A stretch of 64,000 bases of DNA, taken from positions 21,899 through 85,898 of the forward strand of contig RGDC01000001.1 of the NCBI GenBank assembly GCA_009918005.1. Reading direction: 5' to 3'. This document shows positions 41,518 to 50,211 of this stretch, in pieces (positions within the stretch are counted from its first letter, which is position 1; each line of letters starts with the position of its first letter). The position numbers were made by a program, and so were the translations under genes. Origin of the DNA: Actinomycetota bacterium (GTDB lineage: Bacteria; Actinomycetota; Actinomycetes; S36-B12; UBA5976). The notes beneath the pieces were generated by a model. It made no database searches, was not told the origin of the DNA, and saw nothing but the letters and a program-made list of their open reading frames with translations.

Positions 41518-43014
41518 GTGGCAAAAATAGTTGTTATCGGTGCCGGCATGGGTGGAATGGCTTGCGCCGCCAGGCTTGCGAGCAAGGGCCATGAAGTTCA
41601 AGTTTTAGAACATAACAAAACGTGGGGCGGCAAGCTTGGTTATGCCGAGCACGGTGGACATAAATTTGATACCGGACCAAGTCTGCTAACGTTGCCCGCG
41701 GTTTATCGTGATTTGTTTCTCAAGACCGGCGCAGCACTTGAAGACTCGATCGAAATCGTTGACTTGGATACCGCGTTTCGATATCAGTTTGCTGATGGCA
41801 CAGTGTTGAAAATGCCTGGAACTGGAATTGGAAAATGTGCCCAAGCAATCGGCGACACATTGGGTGGTAATAGCGCTGATCAATGGCGACAATTCATGCG
41901 TCGGGCCGCTGACATGTGGGCGGTGACGAGGAAGCCATTTTTGGAGTCTGAGCTTCACGGTCTAAAGAGTTTGCTTGCATTGACTTGGCGAGTTAATGAC
42001 ATTCGGACAATCGCACCAACCAAAACCCTTCGTGACTTGGCAAACCACTATCTAACAGACCCTCGGCTGATTACCCTGGTGGACCGTTATGCGACCTACA
42101 CCGGATCTGACCCGCGACAAGCGCCAGCAGCTCTAGCGACTGTCCCCTACGTGGAACAAATGTTTGGTGCATATCATGTGGCCGGTGGACTACGAGAACT
42201 TGGTCGAGCACTTTATGAACGGGCAACTTCTATCGGTGTAACTTTTGAGTTTGATTGCACGGTTACCAACATTGCCACCGAACCAAGAGTTTCTGGGGTA
42301 ACGCTGGACGATGGGCGCTTCATTTCTGCCGACATTGTTGTGGCGAATTCTGATGCTTCTAATGTTTACCAATATCTGCTTAGTCCAGCTGCGCAACTGA
42401 CCGCAAAGTCAGCTAGGAAATCACTTGCCAAAGCAACTCCATCACTTTCAGGATTCGTTATTTTGCGAGCCATGTCGGGCAAAACCCCCGACCTTGAGCA
42501 CCACAACGTATTTTTTCCAGAAAATTACGATGACGAGTTCAACTCAATTTTTGGAATCAATAAAAAGATTTCTCCGGTTGCCGAACCTACGATTTACATC
42601 TGCTCGCCTAACGATCCCAAGATGACGCCAAGAGGTGACGAGTCTTGGTTTATGTTGATTAATGCACCTCGTCATGATCCAAATGATGGCGTTGATTGGT
42701 CGAACCTAGAGCTTAAGAATTCCTATACTGAGCAGATTTTGTCAGTGCTTTCAAAACGAGGATTCGAAAGCAGAGATCGAGTTACTTGGCAGGACACCAT
42801 TACGCCAGCTGATCTTGAGAAAAATACTTTGGCTCCAGGCGGCTCAATTTATGGCACATCAAGTAATGGAATGCGGTCAGCATTCTTAAGGCCAGAAAAT
42901 GTAACAAAGATTCCGAATCTATATCTCGTTGGAGGATCTTCCCACCCCGGTGGTGGTTTACCGCTAGTGGGCATGTCGGCTGAGATAGTTGCAAGCCGAA
43001 TTGGTAGGGCTTGA
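41518..43014 (+). CDS. CrtI-family FAD-dependent carotenoid desaturase/ketolase (CrtD/CrtO-like paralogue)
   Basis: 'KIVVIGAGMGGMACAARLASKGHEVQVLEHNKTWGGK' dinucleotide fold and the C-terminal 'LVGGSSHPGGGLPLVGMSAEIVASRI' CrtI-family signature. This is the second CrtI-family gene in the locus. GTG start 4 nt after the GT2 stop. Confidence 0.75.
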   Translation: MAKIVVIGAGMGGMACAARLASKGHEVQVLEHNKTWGGKLGYAEHGGHKFDTGPSLLTLPAVYRDLFLKTGAALEDSIEIVDLDTAFRYQFADGTVLKMPGTGIGKCAQAIGDTLGGNSADQWRQFMRRAADMWAVTRKPFLESELHGLKSLLALTWRVNDIRTIAPTKTLRDLANHYLTDPRLITLVDRYATYTGSDPRQAPAALATVPYVEQMFGAYHVAGGLRELGRALYERATSIGVTFEFDCTVTNIATEPRVSGVTLDDGRFISADIVVANSDASNVYQYLLSPAAQLTAKSARKSLAKATPSLSGFVILRAMSGKTPDLEHHNVFFPENYDDEFNSIFGINKKISPVAEPTIYICSPNDPKMTPRGDESWFMLINAPRHDPNDGVDWSNLELKNSYTEQILSVLSKRGFESRDRVTWQDTITPADLEKNTLAPGGSIYGTSSNGMRSAFLRPENVTKIPNLYLVGGSSHPGGGLPLVGMSAEIVASRIGRA

Positions 43015-43019
43015 AACTT

Positions 43020-43661
43020 TTACGCCTTTAAATTTTTCCGAAACGCTCGCATCAGCATTGCAAAACTTATCGCGCCTAACGCCAACCACGCTTGAGATGC
43101 AACTATTGCCAGCTGAGAGGTTTGTTCTGGCAACACGCCACAGGCAAATAAGAACATTGTTCCGATGGCAATTCGAGTTGGTTTTTCTGCTGGCGTGATT
43201 ACACCAACTTCGCGAAACCCTAAGCCACTAGCTTTAGCCCTCATGTATTCATGAATCAGAGCAATAGTGAAAGCAAGTACCGCGATTTCAATTGGTGCTC
43301 CTAAAACAATTAACAGTAAACCAATTCCGGTATCGATTAATCGATCAACAATGCCATCTAAAAACGCGCCCCAAGAACTTGTTTTTGAAGTTCTAACCGC
43401 CACAATTCCATCGAAACTATCCACCAATCCAACAGCAAACACAATGATGCTTGCTAAGAAATAGTTTCGATTTGTAGACTCTGCAAAATAAATCGCTACC
43501 AACATAAGTAACGGCCCAAAGGCGGTAATGACATTGGGGTTAAGCCGAGTTAATGGCGTTGAAAGTGTAAATGACATTCGTAGCCACACTAAAACTAGGC
43601 CCGTTGGACGCTTTGTGCCATGAATCTGCGCCCAGCTAACGAGGTATTCGTCAAACGTCAT
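43020..43661 (-). CDS. CDP-alcohol phosphatidyltransferase family protein (substrate unknown)
   Basis: 'DSFDGIVAVRTSKTSSWGAFLDGIVDRLID' keeps the Dx2DG...Gx3Dx3D spacing but reads A-V-R where the canonical motif is A-R. About 6 TM segments. Divergent from crtE. Confidence 0.7.
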   Translation of the reverse strand: MTFDEYLVSWAQIHGTKRPTGLVLVWLRMSFTLSTPLTRLNPNVITAFGPLLMLVAIYFAESTNRNYFLASIIVFAVGLVDSFDGIVAVRTSKTSSWGAFLDGIVDRLIDTGIGLLLIVLGAPIEIAVLAFTIALIHEYMRAKASGLGFREVGVITPAEKPTRIAIGTMFLFACGVLPEQTSQLAIVASQAWLALGAISFAMLMRAFRKNLKA

Positions 43662-43733
43662 GTCCCTATTGTTCTACCCTTGTCCTACCCGACCAAAAGT
43701 GCAATAAATCCGCCCAGCCAATAGCCTGAACTA

Positions 43734-44801
43734 GTGGAAATTCATCCGTTAGATGCAAACGGGCTTCGAGAGCGCATCCAACTCAGTCTTAATAACTTTG
43801 TTTCTGATCACAAAGCCATGATGGTGAATGTTTCCCCTGATACCTTGCCGCTGGTTGAGTCACTTGAAGGTTTGCTTGTAGGTGGCAAAAGATTGCGCCC
43901 AGCTTTTGCTTACTGGGGATTTCTAGCAGCTGGTGGTCAGGATTCTGATGAGATTATTCGAGCGTGTGCAAGCTTAGAATTTCTACAAGCATGCGCCTTA
44001 ATTCATGACGACGTTATGGATGCAAGTGATACCCGCAGGGGAAACCCTTCGATCCACAAGCAATTTGAAACTAGGCACATGTCTAACCAATGGAGTGGGT
44101 CAGCAAAGCTTTTTGGCGAAGGAGCTGCGATTCTAGTTGGTGACTTAGCTTTGTCTTGGGCTGATGAGATGCTTCTGACAAGTGGGTTAACAACCGACGA
44201 ACTGATTCGAGCCAAAGCAATTTACGACATAATGCGTACGGAATTGATGAGTGGGCAATATCTTGATCTTTTAGAACAAGTGCGAGGTGACATCACCCTG
44301 GCGCGCGCCGAGACCGTTATTCGCTTCAAGAGTGCCAAGTACACGATAGAACGACCACTTCACATGGGCGCAGCAATTGCTGGGGCGTCGCCAGAATTAA
44401 CCCAGGTGTTGTCCCAATACGGCTTGGCGTTAGGTGAAGCATTCCAACTCCGCGATGACCTACTTGGAGTTTTTGGAGATAGTTCAGTCACTGGAAAACC
44501 TGCAGGTGATGATTTGCGTGAAGGTAAGCAGACGATGCTCATTGCATTTGCTAATGTAAACGCTGCAACTACCGAAAAGAAGCACCTTTTCGAAAAATTA
44601 GGGAACTTGTCGCTAACAAGTGATGAGATTTCTGAGCTTCAAAGGATCTTGATAAGTTGCGGGGCGCAAGAATTCGTAGAGAATCGAATCACGAGCTATT
44701 TAGAAGCGGCTTTAACATCACTGAATGCCCTTTCAGGAGAAACTGATGCTAAAGCGGCCTTGATTGAACTTGCAATTCTCGCTACCAACCGATCGGCATA
44801 A
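43734..44801 (+). CDS. crtE: Polyprenyl (geranylgeranyl) diphosphate synthase
   Basis: First Asp-rich motif 'LIHDDVMDASDTRRG' and second 'FQLRDDLLGVFGD'. GTG start. Lies immediately upstream of crtI. Positional equivalent of mycobacterial idsA2. Confidence 0.85.
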   Translation: MEIHPLDANGLRERIQLSLNNFVSDHKAMMVNVSPDTLPLVESLEGLLVGGKRLRPAFAYWGFLAAGGQDSDEIIRACASLEFLQACALIHDDVMDASDTRRGNPSIHKQFETRHMSNQWSGSAKLFGEGAAILVGDLALSWADEMLLTSGLTTDELIRAKAIYDIMRTELMSGQYLDLLEQVRGDITLARAETVIRFKSAKYTIERPLHMGAAIAGASPELTQVLSQYGLALGEAFQLRDDLLGVFGDSSVTGKPAGDDLREGKQTMLIAFANVNAATTEKKHLFEKLGNLSLTSDEISELQRILISCGAQEFVENRITSYLEAALTSLNALSGETDAKAALIELAILATNRSA

Positions 44802-44803
44802 CT

Positions 44804-46336
44804 ATGAGTAACTTTTCAAGATGGATTCCAGGTTCACCAAGGACCGTTTCTGGAAAGACTAATGACGTAGTTATTGTCGGTGCAGGCTTAGCCGGGTTAT
44901 CAGCTGCCATGCGATTGGCAGGCGCTGGGCGAAATGTCACGGTCTTAGAACGCGAAAGTATTCCAGGGGGACGAGCTGGGCGAATCAGCGATCGTGGTTT
45001 TGAATTTGATACTGGGCCAACGGTTTTGACGATGCCAGACTTGATTGCTGATGCTTTTGATTGCCTTGGTGAGAACATGAATGACTGGCTGACTTTAGAG
45101 CCAGTTGCTCCCCTTTATCGGGCGTTTTATCAAGATGGCAGCGTGTTAGACGTACATTCTGACACCACTGGAATGGCTGCCGAAATTGAAAAAGTTGTTG
45201 GCGCTAGCGAAGCGGATGGGTACTTAAAGTACGTTGATTTTGTTACCGATCTCTATAAATATGAAATGAAGAACTTTATCGATCGCAACATTGACTCCCC
45301 TCTCGACTTATTGTCGATGGACTTAGTCCGTTTGATTAAACTCGGTGGCTTTCGAAAGTTGGCACCAAAAGTTGGTCAATATCTCAAAGATGATCGAACT
45401 CAAAGAGTATTTTCATTTCAATCTATGTATGCCGGCCTGTCACCGTATGACGCATTGGCAATTTACGCCGTAATTGCGTACATGGATTCGGTCGCTGGGG
45501 TATTTGCGCCAAAAGGTGGCATGCATGCTTTACCGGTTGCCATGGCTAAGGCGGCTGAAAAGCATGGCGTCACTTTTAAGTACGACACCGAAGTGACTAA
45601 AGTTCGAATGAATGGCAATCGAGCCGTAGGAGTCGAAACCAGCACTGGTGAGTTTTACGCCGCTGACGTAGTGGTCCTTAATCCTGATCTGCCTGTTGCC
45701 TATCGTGACTTGCTTGGGAAAGAGCCATGGAGTGTAAAACGACTTACCTACTCACCATCTTGCTACCTGTTACTCGCTGGATCTACTGCTAAGTATGACC
45801 ACATCGCACATCACAATATTCATTTTGGTCACAGCTGGGCCGGCGTATTCGAGGAGCTCATCAATAAAAAACAATTGATGTCAGACCCAAGTGTGCTCGT
45901 TACAAACCCTACATATAGTGATCCTGGTTTAGCACCCGATGGAAAACAGGTTTACTACGTTCTGTTTCCGACCCCAAATCTTGATGCAGATATCGACTGG
46001 AAGAAACAAGCTCCGGCTTACCGAGATCACGCGATTGAAACTTTGCAGGCTCGTGGCTATACCGGATTTGGTGATGCAATCGAAGTTGAACACATCACAA
46101 CTCCGCAGGACTGGTCGAATCGTGGCATGGAGCGGGGAGCACCGTTTGCTGCGGCACATTCATTCTTACAAACTGGACCATTCCGTCCCGGAAACATGTT
46201 TGGCGAGAACGTAGTTTTCACCGGATCAGGTACTCAACCTGGCGTCGGTGTTCCAATGGTCCTAGTTTCTGGCAGATTGGCTGCGGAACGTATTACCGGT
46301 CCAGACAAGTCTTATGTATCGCGCGCTCGACGTTAA
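44804..46336 (+). CDS. crtI: Phytoene desaturase (lycopene-forming, CrtI)
   Basis: 'VVIVGAGLAGLSAAMRLAGAGRNVTVLE' and 'FTGSGTQPGVGVPMVLVSGRLAAERI'. 2-nt gap after crtE. Confidence 0.85.
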   Translation: MSNFSRWIPGSPRTVSGKTNDVVIVGAGLAGLSAAMRLAGAGRNVTVLERESIPGGRAGRISDRGFEFDTGPTVLTMPDLIADAFDCLGENMNDWLTLEPVAPLYRAFYQDGSVLDVHSDTTGMAAEIEKVVGASEADGYLKYVDFVTDLYKYEMKNFIDRNIDSPLDLLSMDLVRLIKLGGFRKLAPKVGQYLKDDRTQRVFSFQSMYAGLSPYDALAIYAVIAYMDSVAGVFAPKGGMHALPVAMAKAAEKHGVTFKYDTEVTKVRMNGNRAVGVETSTGEFYAADVVVLNPDLPVAYRDLLGKEPWSVKRLTYSPSCYLLLAGSTAKYDHIAHHNIHFGHSWAGVFEELINKKQLMSDPSVLVTNPTYSDPGLAPDGKQVYYVLFPTPNLDADIDWKKQAPAYRDHAIETLQARGYTGFGDAIEVEHITTPQDWSNRGMERGAPFAAAHSFLQTGPFRPGNMFGENVVFTGSGTQPGVGVPMVLVSGRLAAERITGPDKSYVSRARR

Positions 46337-46354
46337 GGGGCGTATTCTGAAGTA

Positions 46355-47890
46355 ATGCCAAGCCGCCGGATAACCGCAGATCCCGGTTGGTTTGGGCTTT
46401 ATGCTCTGCCAGGTTTTCTCGGGTCGAGTTTTATAGCCGTTGGTGCACTCGGAGTTGGTTGGTTTCCGCTGTCTGCTGACATATTGCAGTGGAAGATTAT
46501 TGACTTTGTTCAGACTGAAACTATTGGGCTAGCACTCACCCGTTCATTTGTAGTTGTCGGCGCTGCACTATTGCTGCAGGCCTGGCTAGTAGTTGGTATC
46601 GATGCACTACATGGGAAAATTCTGCGGATAGAAACAATTTATCTTTCACTTGTAGCTTGGCTGCTACCGCTACTTGCAGCACCGCCACTGTTTAGTCGAG
46701 ATGTTTATTCCTATTTCATGCAAGGACGAATGCAGCTTGCTGGCTACAATCCATATGAATCTGGTGTTTCTGTAATACCTGGATGGTTTCAAAGTGGTGT
46801 TGATCCACTGTGGGGCGATGCACCAACACCTTATGGGCCGGTATTTCTCTTGGTTGAAAAAGGAGTGGCAGCAATCAGCCAAGACTCATCACTTCATGCT
46901 TCCTACTTATTCCGACTAATTTCAATCATCGGCGTGGTCTTCATCTGCCTAAGCATTCCTTACCTTGCTAAAGCTCACGGCGTAAATCCAATCTCAGCCG
47001 CGTGGATTGGCGTCATGAATCCGCTGGTCCTTATGCACTTTGTGGCAGGATCTCACAACGATGCACTAATGGTTGGCTTGGTGTGCCTTGCCATGATGAT
47101 CGCATTACGTGGGCACTTTGTTGTAGGTGTAATTTTTGCAACAATGGCACTTGGCATAAAGCCAGTTGCCATTGTTTTGTTGCCATTTTTGGCCCTCATG
47201 GCAGCAGGAAGTGGAGCCAGCTTCAAGCGTCGTGCGAAGTACGGCGCAATCGCAGGGCTTATCGCTATCTCTACCCTTTTCATAACCTCTGCGTTAGTGG
47301 GTACTGGACCATTTGGCTGGATTGGCTCATTATCAACTCCTGGCACAGTCAAGAGTTGGCTATCCCCTACTACAGCAATCGGAATGCTGTTTGGTGGGGT
47401 GCTCCGGCTATTAGGATTTGGAAACTTAATCGACACTTCTGTCGGCATAACTCGCTTAATCGGAACCATACTTTTGGCGATCGTCCTAGTTATGTTGATA
47501 CTTCGCCCCGCGGGTAGAAGTGCAACGCGTGGAGTGGCGCTATCCTTTGTTGCCCTCGTGGTCCTTGGACCGGTGGTGCAACCTTGGTATCTACTCTGGT
47601 CTATCCCACTGCTAGCAGTGACTGGACTCAGTCATAACCAAATTCGAATTATGGTTTTGGCGATTGCCGCATTTACGATTCATGGAATTGCAAATTCAAG
47701 TGCAACCGCCGATACCTTTCTTGAGCTAAGTGATGGCATCGCAATGGTGTTAGCCGGTCTAACACTTGGGTTAGCTATGCTCGCGTCAACGACTGAGCGT
47801 TCGTTGATTTTGGGTGACAATACTGAGCAAGATATGTTGCCGACAACTCCGACCGAAATCGAATCGGCGCGCGATCGGGAATTGGTCTAA
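46355..47890 (+). CDS. GT-C-type polyprenol-phosphate-mannose-dependent mannosyltransferase (MptA/MptB-like)
   Basis: 511-aa polytopic protein. Its first loop, 'FSRDVYSYFMQGRMQLAGYNPY...DPLWGDAPTPYGPVF', resembles the MptA/MptB family. It sits next to the polyprenyl synthase as mptA (Rv2174) sits next to idsA2 (Rv2173). Confidence 0.55.
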   Translation: MPSRRITADPGWFGLYALPGFLGSSFIAVGALGVGWFPLSADILQWKIIDFVQTETIGLALTRSFVVVGAALLLQAWLVVGIDALHGKILRIETIYLSLVAWLLPLLAAPPLFSRDVYSYFMQGRMQLAGYNPYESGVSVIPGWFQSGVDPLWGDAPTPYGPVFLLVEKGVAAISQDSSLHASYLFRLISIIGVVFICLSIPYLAKAHGVNPISAAWIGVMNPLVLMHFVAGSHNDALMVGLVCLAMMIALRGHFVVGVIFATMALGIKPVAIVLLPFLALMAAGSGASFKRRAKYGAIAGLIAISTLFITSALVGTGPFGWIGSLSTPGTVKSWLSPTTAIGMLFGGVLRLLGFGNLIDTSVGITRLIGTILLAIVLVMLILRPAGRSATRGVALSFVALVVLGPVVQPWYLLWSIPLLAVTGLSHNQIRIMVLAIAAFTIHGIANSSATADTFLELSDGIAMVLAGLTLGLAMLASTTERSLILGDNTEQDMLPTTPTEIESARDRELV

Positions 47891-47898
47891 CTTATTTG

Positions 47899-48342
47899 CT
47901 AACCCTGAGAAAGTTCAGAAATCCCTGGGAATGATCCTGCAGAGTCGCAAACAACTACAACCGCAGTGATACCTTGGCACGCAAAGTCCAAGGAATCAGC
48001 AATATCTTGAGCGTCCTGTGGCGTAGCTTTTGTTAAATCTTGCCAGCCAGACCAGGCAATACAAAAACTTCCCAATGAATCACCCGCGGGGAAAATTATC
48101 TCAACTAGATCCACCAAGTTGCGCCCAATTAAATGCGGATTGTCCGTCTGATTGGCAACAAAGTCTACGAAGTCCTGCAGTGATTTAACGTCGGACGTAT
48201 CCAGCCACAGCCCATTCCAACCCGCCAGATTGGTTTCGCCCTTAAATCCAGATTCAGTGAAGTTAACTTTCCAGCGCATAACGCCATTTAATCTATTTGC
48301 CTTCAACATTGCCGCAAGTAGACCTGGGTTTGGAGCAGCCAC
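47899..48342 (-). CDS. Barstar-like (ribonuclease inhibitor family) protein
   Basis: The C-terminal ~90 aa align by eye to barstar. 'SDVKSLQDFVDFVANQTDNPHLIGRNLVDLVEII...IAWSGWQDL...GITAVVVV' compares with barstar '[31 protein letters not shown]...LEWRQFEQ...GCDITIIL'. Confidence 0.45.
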   Translation of the reverse strand: MAAPNPGLLAAMLKANRLNGVMRWKVNFTESGFKGETNLAGWNGLWLDTSDVKSLQDFVDFVANQTDNPHLIGRNLVDLVEIIFPAGDSLGSFCIAWSGWQDLTKATPQDAQDIADSLDFACQGITAVVVVCDSAGSFPGISELSQG

Positions 48343-48456
48343 TTAATTCCTAACCAACACTTCACACAACTTGTGCTGTAGCAACCCTACGCGCCACGAG
48401 TGAATTTCTCGAATTCTGGACAAACCTAAGGGTTGGTGATTCACTTCCCCAACTAA

Positions 48457-49392
48457 TTGCATAAAGTTACCAATGTGTCCAACCGAGATCTTGATGCAGC
48501 TGAAATCTTTGACCCAAGGCTGCGTGCATCCTATGAATTATGTAGGCAACTAAATGCAGAACATGGCAAAACCTATTACCTAGCAACGCTTCTGCTCCCG
48601 CCTGCAAAACGTCCCTATGTGCATGCACTCTACGGCTTCGCAAGATACGCAGATGAAATTGTCGATGATTTAGCTTCGACATTAACTGAGTCTGAAAAAG
48701 CAGAACAACTCAGGATTTGGGGTGATGACTTTCTAGCTAAATTTGACTCTGGCCAAACGAATGATCCGGTATGTATCGCTGTCTTGGACACTGTCAGACG
48801 CTGGAACATTCCCCGTGAACACTTCGAGGCATTTCTGCATTCAATGACAATGGATCTAACTGTTACTGAATATGCGACCTACGAAGATCTCTATGAATAT
48901 GTTTACGGATCTGCAGCGGTCATTGGTCTTCAAATGGTTCCAATTTTGGAACCGACCAGCCAAGATGCATATAAGTACGCCACGGAACTTGGAGTCGCAT
49001 TTCAACTTGCAAACTTCATAAGAGATGTTGGCGAGGATCTCGAGCGCGGCAGGGTATATCTTCCACTTAATGAACTCGAACAATTTGGAGTTAGAAAAGC
49101 AGATCTTGAAGCCCGAATTGCTACGCCAAAAGTGAAGGCGGCTTTGAAGTTTCAGGTTGCCAGAGTTAGGAAACTTGAAGAATCTTCTCGAACTGGAATA
49201 TCGATGCTTGGCAAACCATCCCAACCTTGCATCGAAACTGCGCGAATTCTTTATTGCGGGATTGTCGATGCAGTGGAAGACATTGACTATGAAGTATTTA
49301 CTAAACGAGCCACAGTTTCACTTGCTCGCAGGTTAAAGGTTGCTGTCCCGGCATACTTGCAAGCCAGAAAACTTTGGAAACTAACTACTTAG
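48457..49392 (+). CDS. crtB: 15-cis-phytoene synthase
   Basis: 'SYELCRQLNAEHGKTYYLATLLLP', 'ALYGFARYADEIVDD' and 'FQLANFIRDVGEDLERGRVYLP' are squalene/phytoene synthase motifs. The start is either TTG 48457 or GTG 48475. Confidence 0.9.
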   Translation: MHKVTNVSNRDLDAAEIFDPRLRASYELCRQLNAEHGKTYYLATLLLPPAKRPYVHALYGFARYADEIVDDLASTLTESEKAEQLRIWGDDFLAKFDSGQTNDPVCIAVLDTVRRWNIPREHFEAFLHSMTMDLTVTEYATYEDLYEYVYGSAAVIGLQMVPILEPTSQDAYKYATELGVAFQLANFIRDVGEDLERGRVYLPLNELEQFGVRKADLEARIATPKVKAALKFQVARVRKLEESSRTGISMLGKPSQPCIETARILYCGIVDAVEDIDYEVFTKRATVSLARRLKVAVPAYLQARKLWKLTT

Positions 49393-49783
49393 ATCCAAGA
49401 AATCTTTTGACACTTTGCCGTGGTGGGCCCGACATTGGCTCACGTTGCACGCCGATCCTGCCAAGCCAAACCCAAATGGTCAAAGTCAGTACCACTAGAC
49501 AGAAGCCAAAAAGCAAGTCTTCAATTGGGGCAAATACCAAGCGCCCGTCTCCGATAAATGCTGGCGATGAATCTGACGGAGTACTAGAACCAATAATTGC
49601 GTTTCCGTTATATTCAACAATTCCAAATCCGGTCAAGATTCCATTTGTAACTAGTTGAAAGAAGATAACGATCGAGTAAGAAGTCCAAAACACCCTTCTA
49701 AGTAAAATTTTGGTTTTAAATACATATAAATCCAAAGCAACTACGGAAAGCACTCCGAAAACTGTCAACTGGGTATAAGTCAA
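49385..49783 (-). CDS. crtYd: Lycopene cyclase domain protein, second subunit of a heterodimeric cyclase
   Basis: 132-aa three-TM protein with 'FAPIEDLLFGF' (PxE[E/D] lycopene-cyclase-domain motif). 4-nt overlap with the upstream subunit. Confidence 0.7.
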   Translation of the reverse strand: MTYTQLTVFGVLSVVALDLYVFKTKILLRRVFWTSYSIVIFFQLVTNGILTGFGIVEYNGNAIIGSSTPSDSSPAFIGDGRLVFAPIEDLLFGFCLVVLTLTIWVWLGRIGVQREPMSGPPRQSVKRFLGSK

Positions 49784-50124
49784 TTTTTTCCCTCATCCCC
49801 AGCTTGCCAATTTCGAGCACTTCGGACCGCCTCAAAGGACAAAATCGAGCAGATCGGAATCACAATAAAAAACAATATTTCATCTAATGGGATGTTTGCG
49901 AAAGTTGTTATACCGGTGACGTAACGCGAATCAAACTTCCAGTGCCCTTGTGCAATCGCATATGCGTCCCATATTGAAAACGCCAAAGCTACTGGTAAGA
50001 CAGTAAGAAAAAGACGGATAGTTCGACGGTACACCTTAGTTCGCAAAAAATATTCAAGCCAGGCAGTTCCAATAAGGCAGGCCAGAAGAACGCCTACATA
50101 CGCGAACTTAGACATAGAACTCAC
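49780..50124 (-). CDS. crtYc: Lycopene cyclase domain protein, first subunit of a heterodimeric cyclase
   Basis: 114-aa three-TM protein with 'NIPLDEILFFIVIP'. Paired with the adjacent subunit as in actinobacterial crtYc/crtYd. Confidence 0.7.
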   Translation of the reverse strand: MSSMSKFAYVGVLLACLIGTAWLEYFLRTKVYRRTIRLFLTVLPVALAFSIWDAYAIAQGHWKFDSRYVTGITTFANIPLDEILFFIVIPICSILSFEAVRSARNWQAGDEGKN

Positions 50125-50211
50125 TTTCGATTAGATCTCAATCTACCTTGTCGTATCTCAGACTGTCGTGGCGTAGAGTCGAGTTTTTATGTCGGCATCT
50201 AGAATGAAGCA

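Noticed and set aside
47002-47517. 171-aa (+) and 138-aa (-, 47053..47469) ORFs inside the MptA-like gene
   Set aside because: They are out-of-frame or antisense ORFs within a long hydrophobic CDS. Their Cys/Trp/Arg-rich odd composition is typical of frame artefacts.
46355-47890. The polytopic membrane protein between crtI and crtB as a carotenoid enzyme (for example an elongase or cyclase)
   Set aside because: Its sequence resembles GT-C MptA/MptB mannosyltransferases. An mptA gene sits next to the polyprenyl synthase in mycobacteria (Rv2173-Rv2174), so its position is explained by conserved synteny rather than pigment chemistry.
48365-48375. Short palindrome CACAA-C-TTGTG (and nearby GAATT direct repeats) in the barstar-like/crtB divergent spacer, as a light-regulator (LitR/CarH-type) operator
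   Set aside because: It is too short to distinguish from chance. No MerR/CarH-type regulator gene is in the window, and I cannot match it to a known operator consensus.
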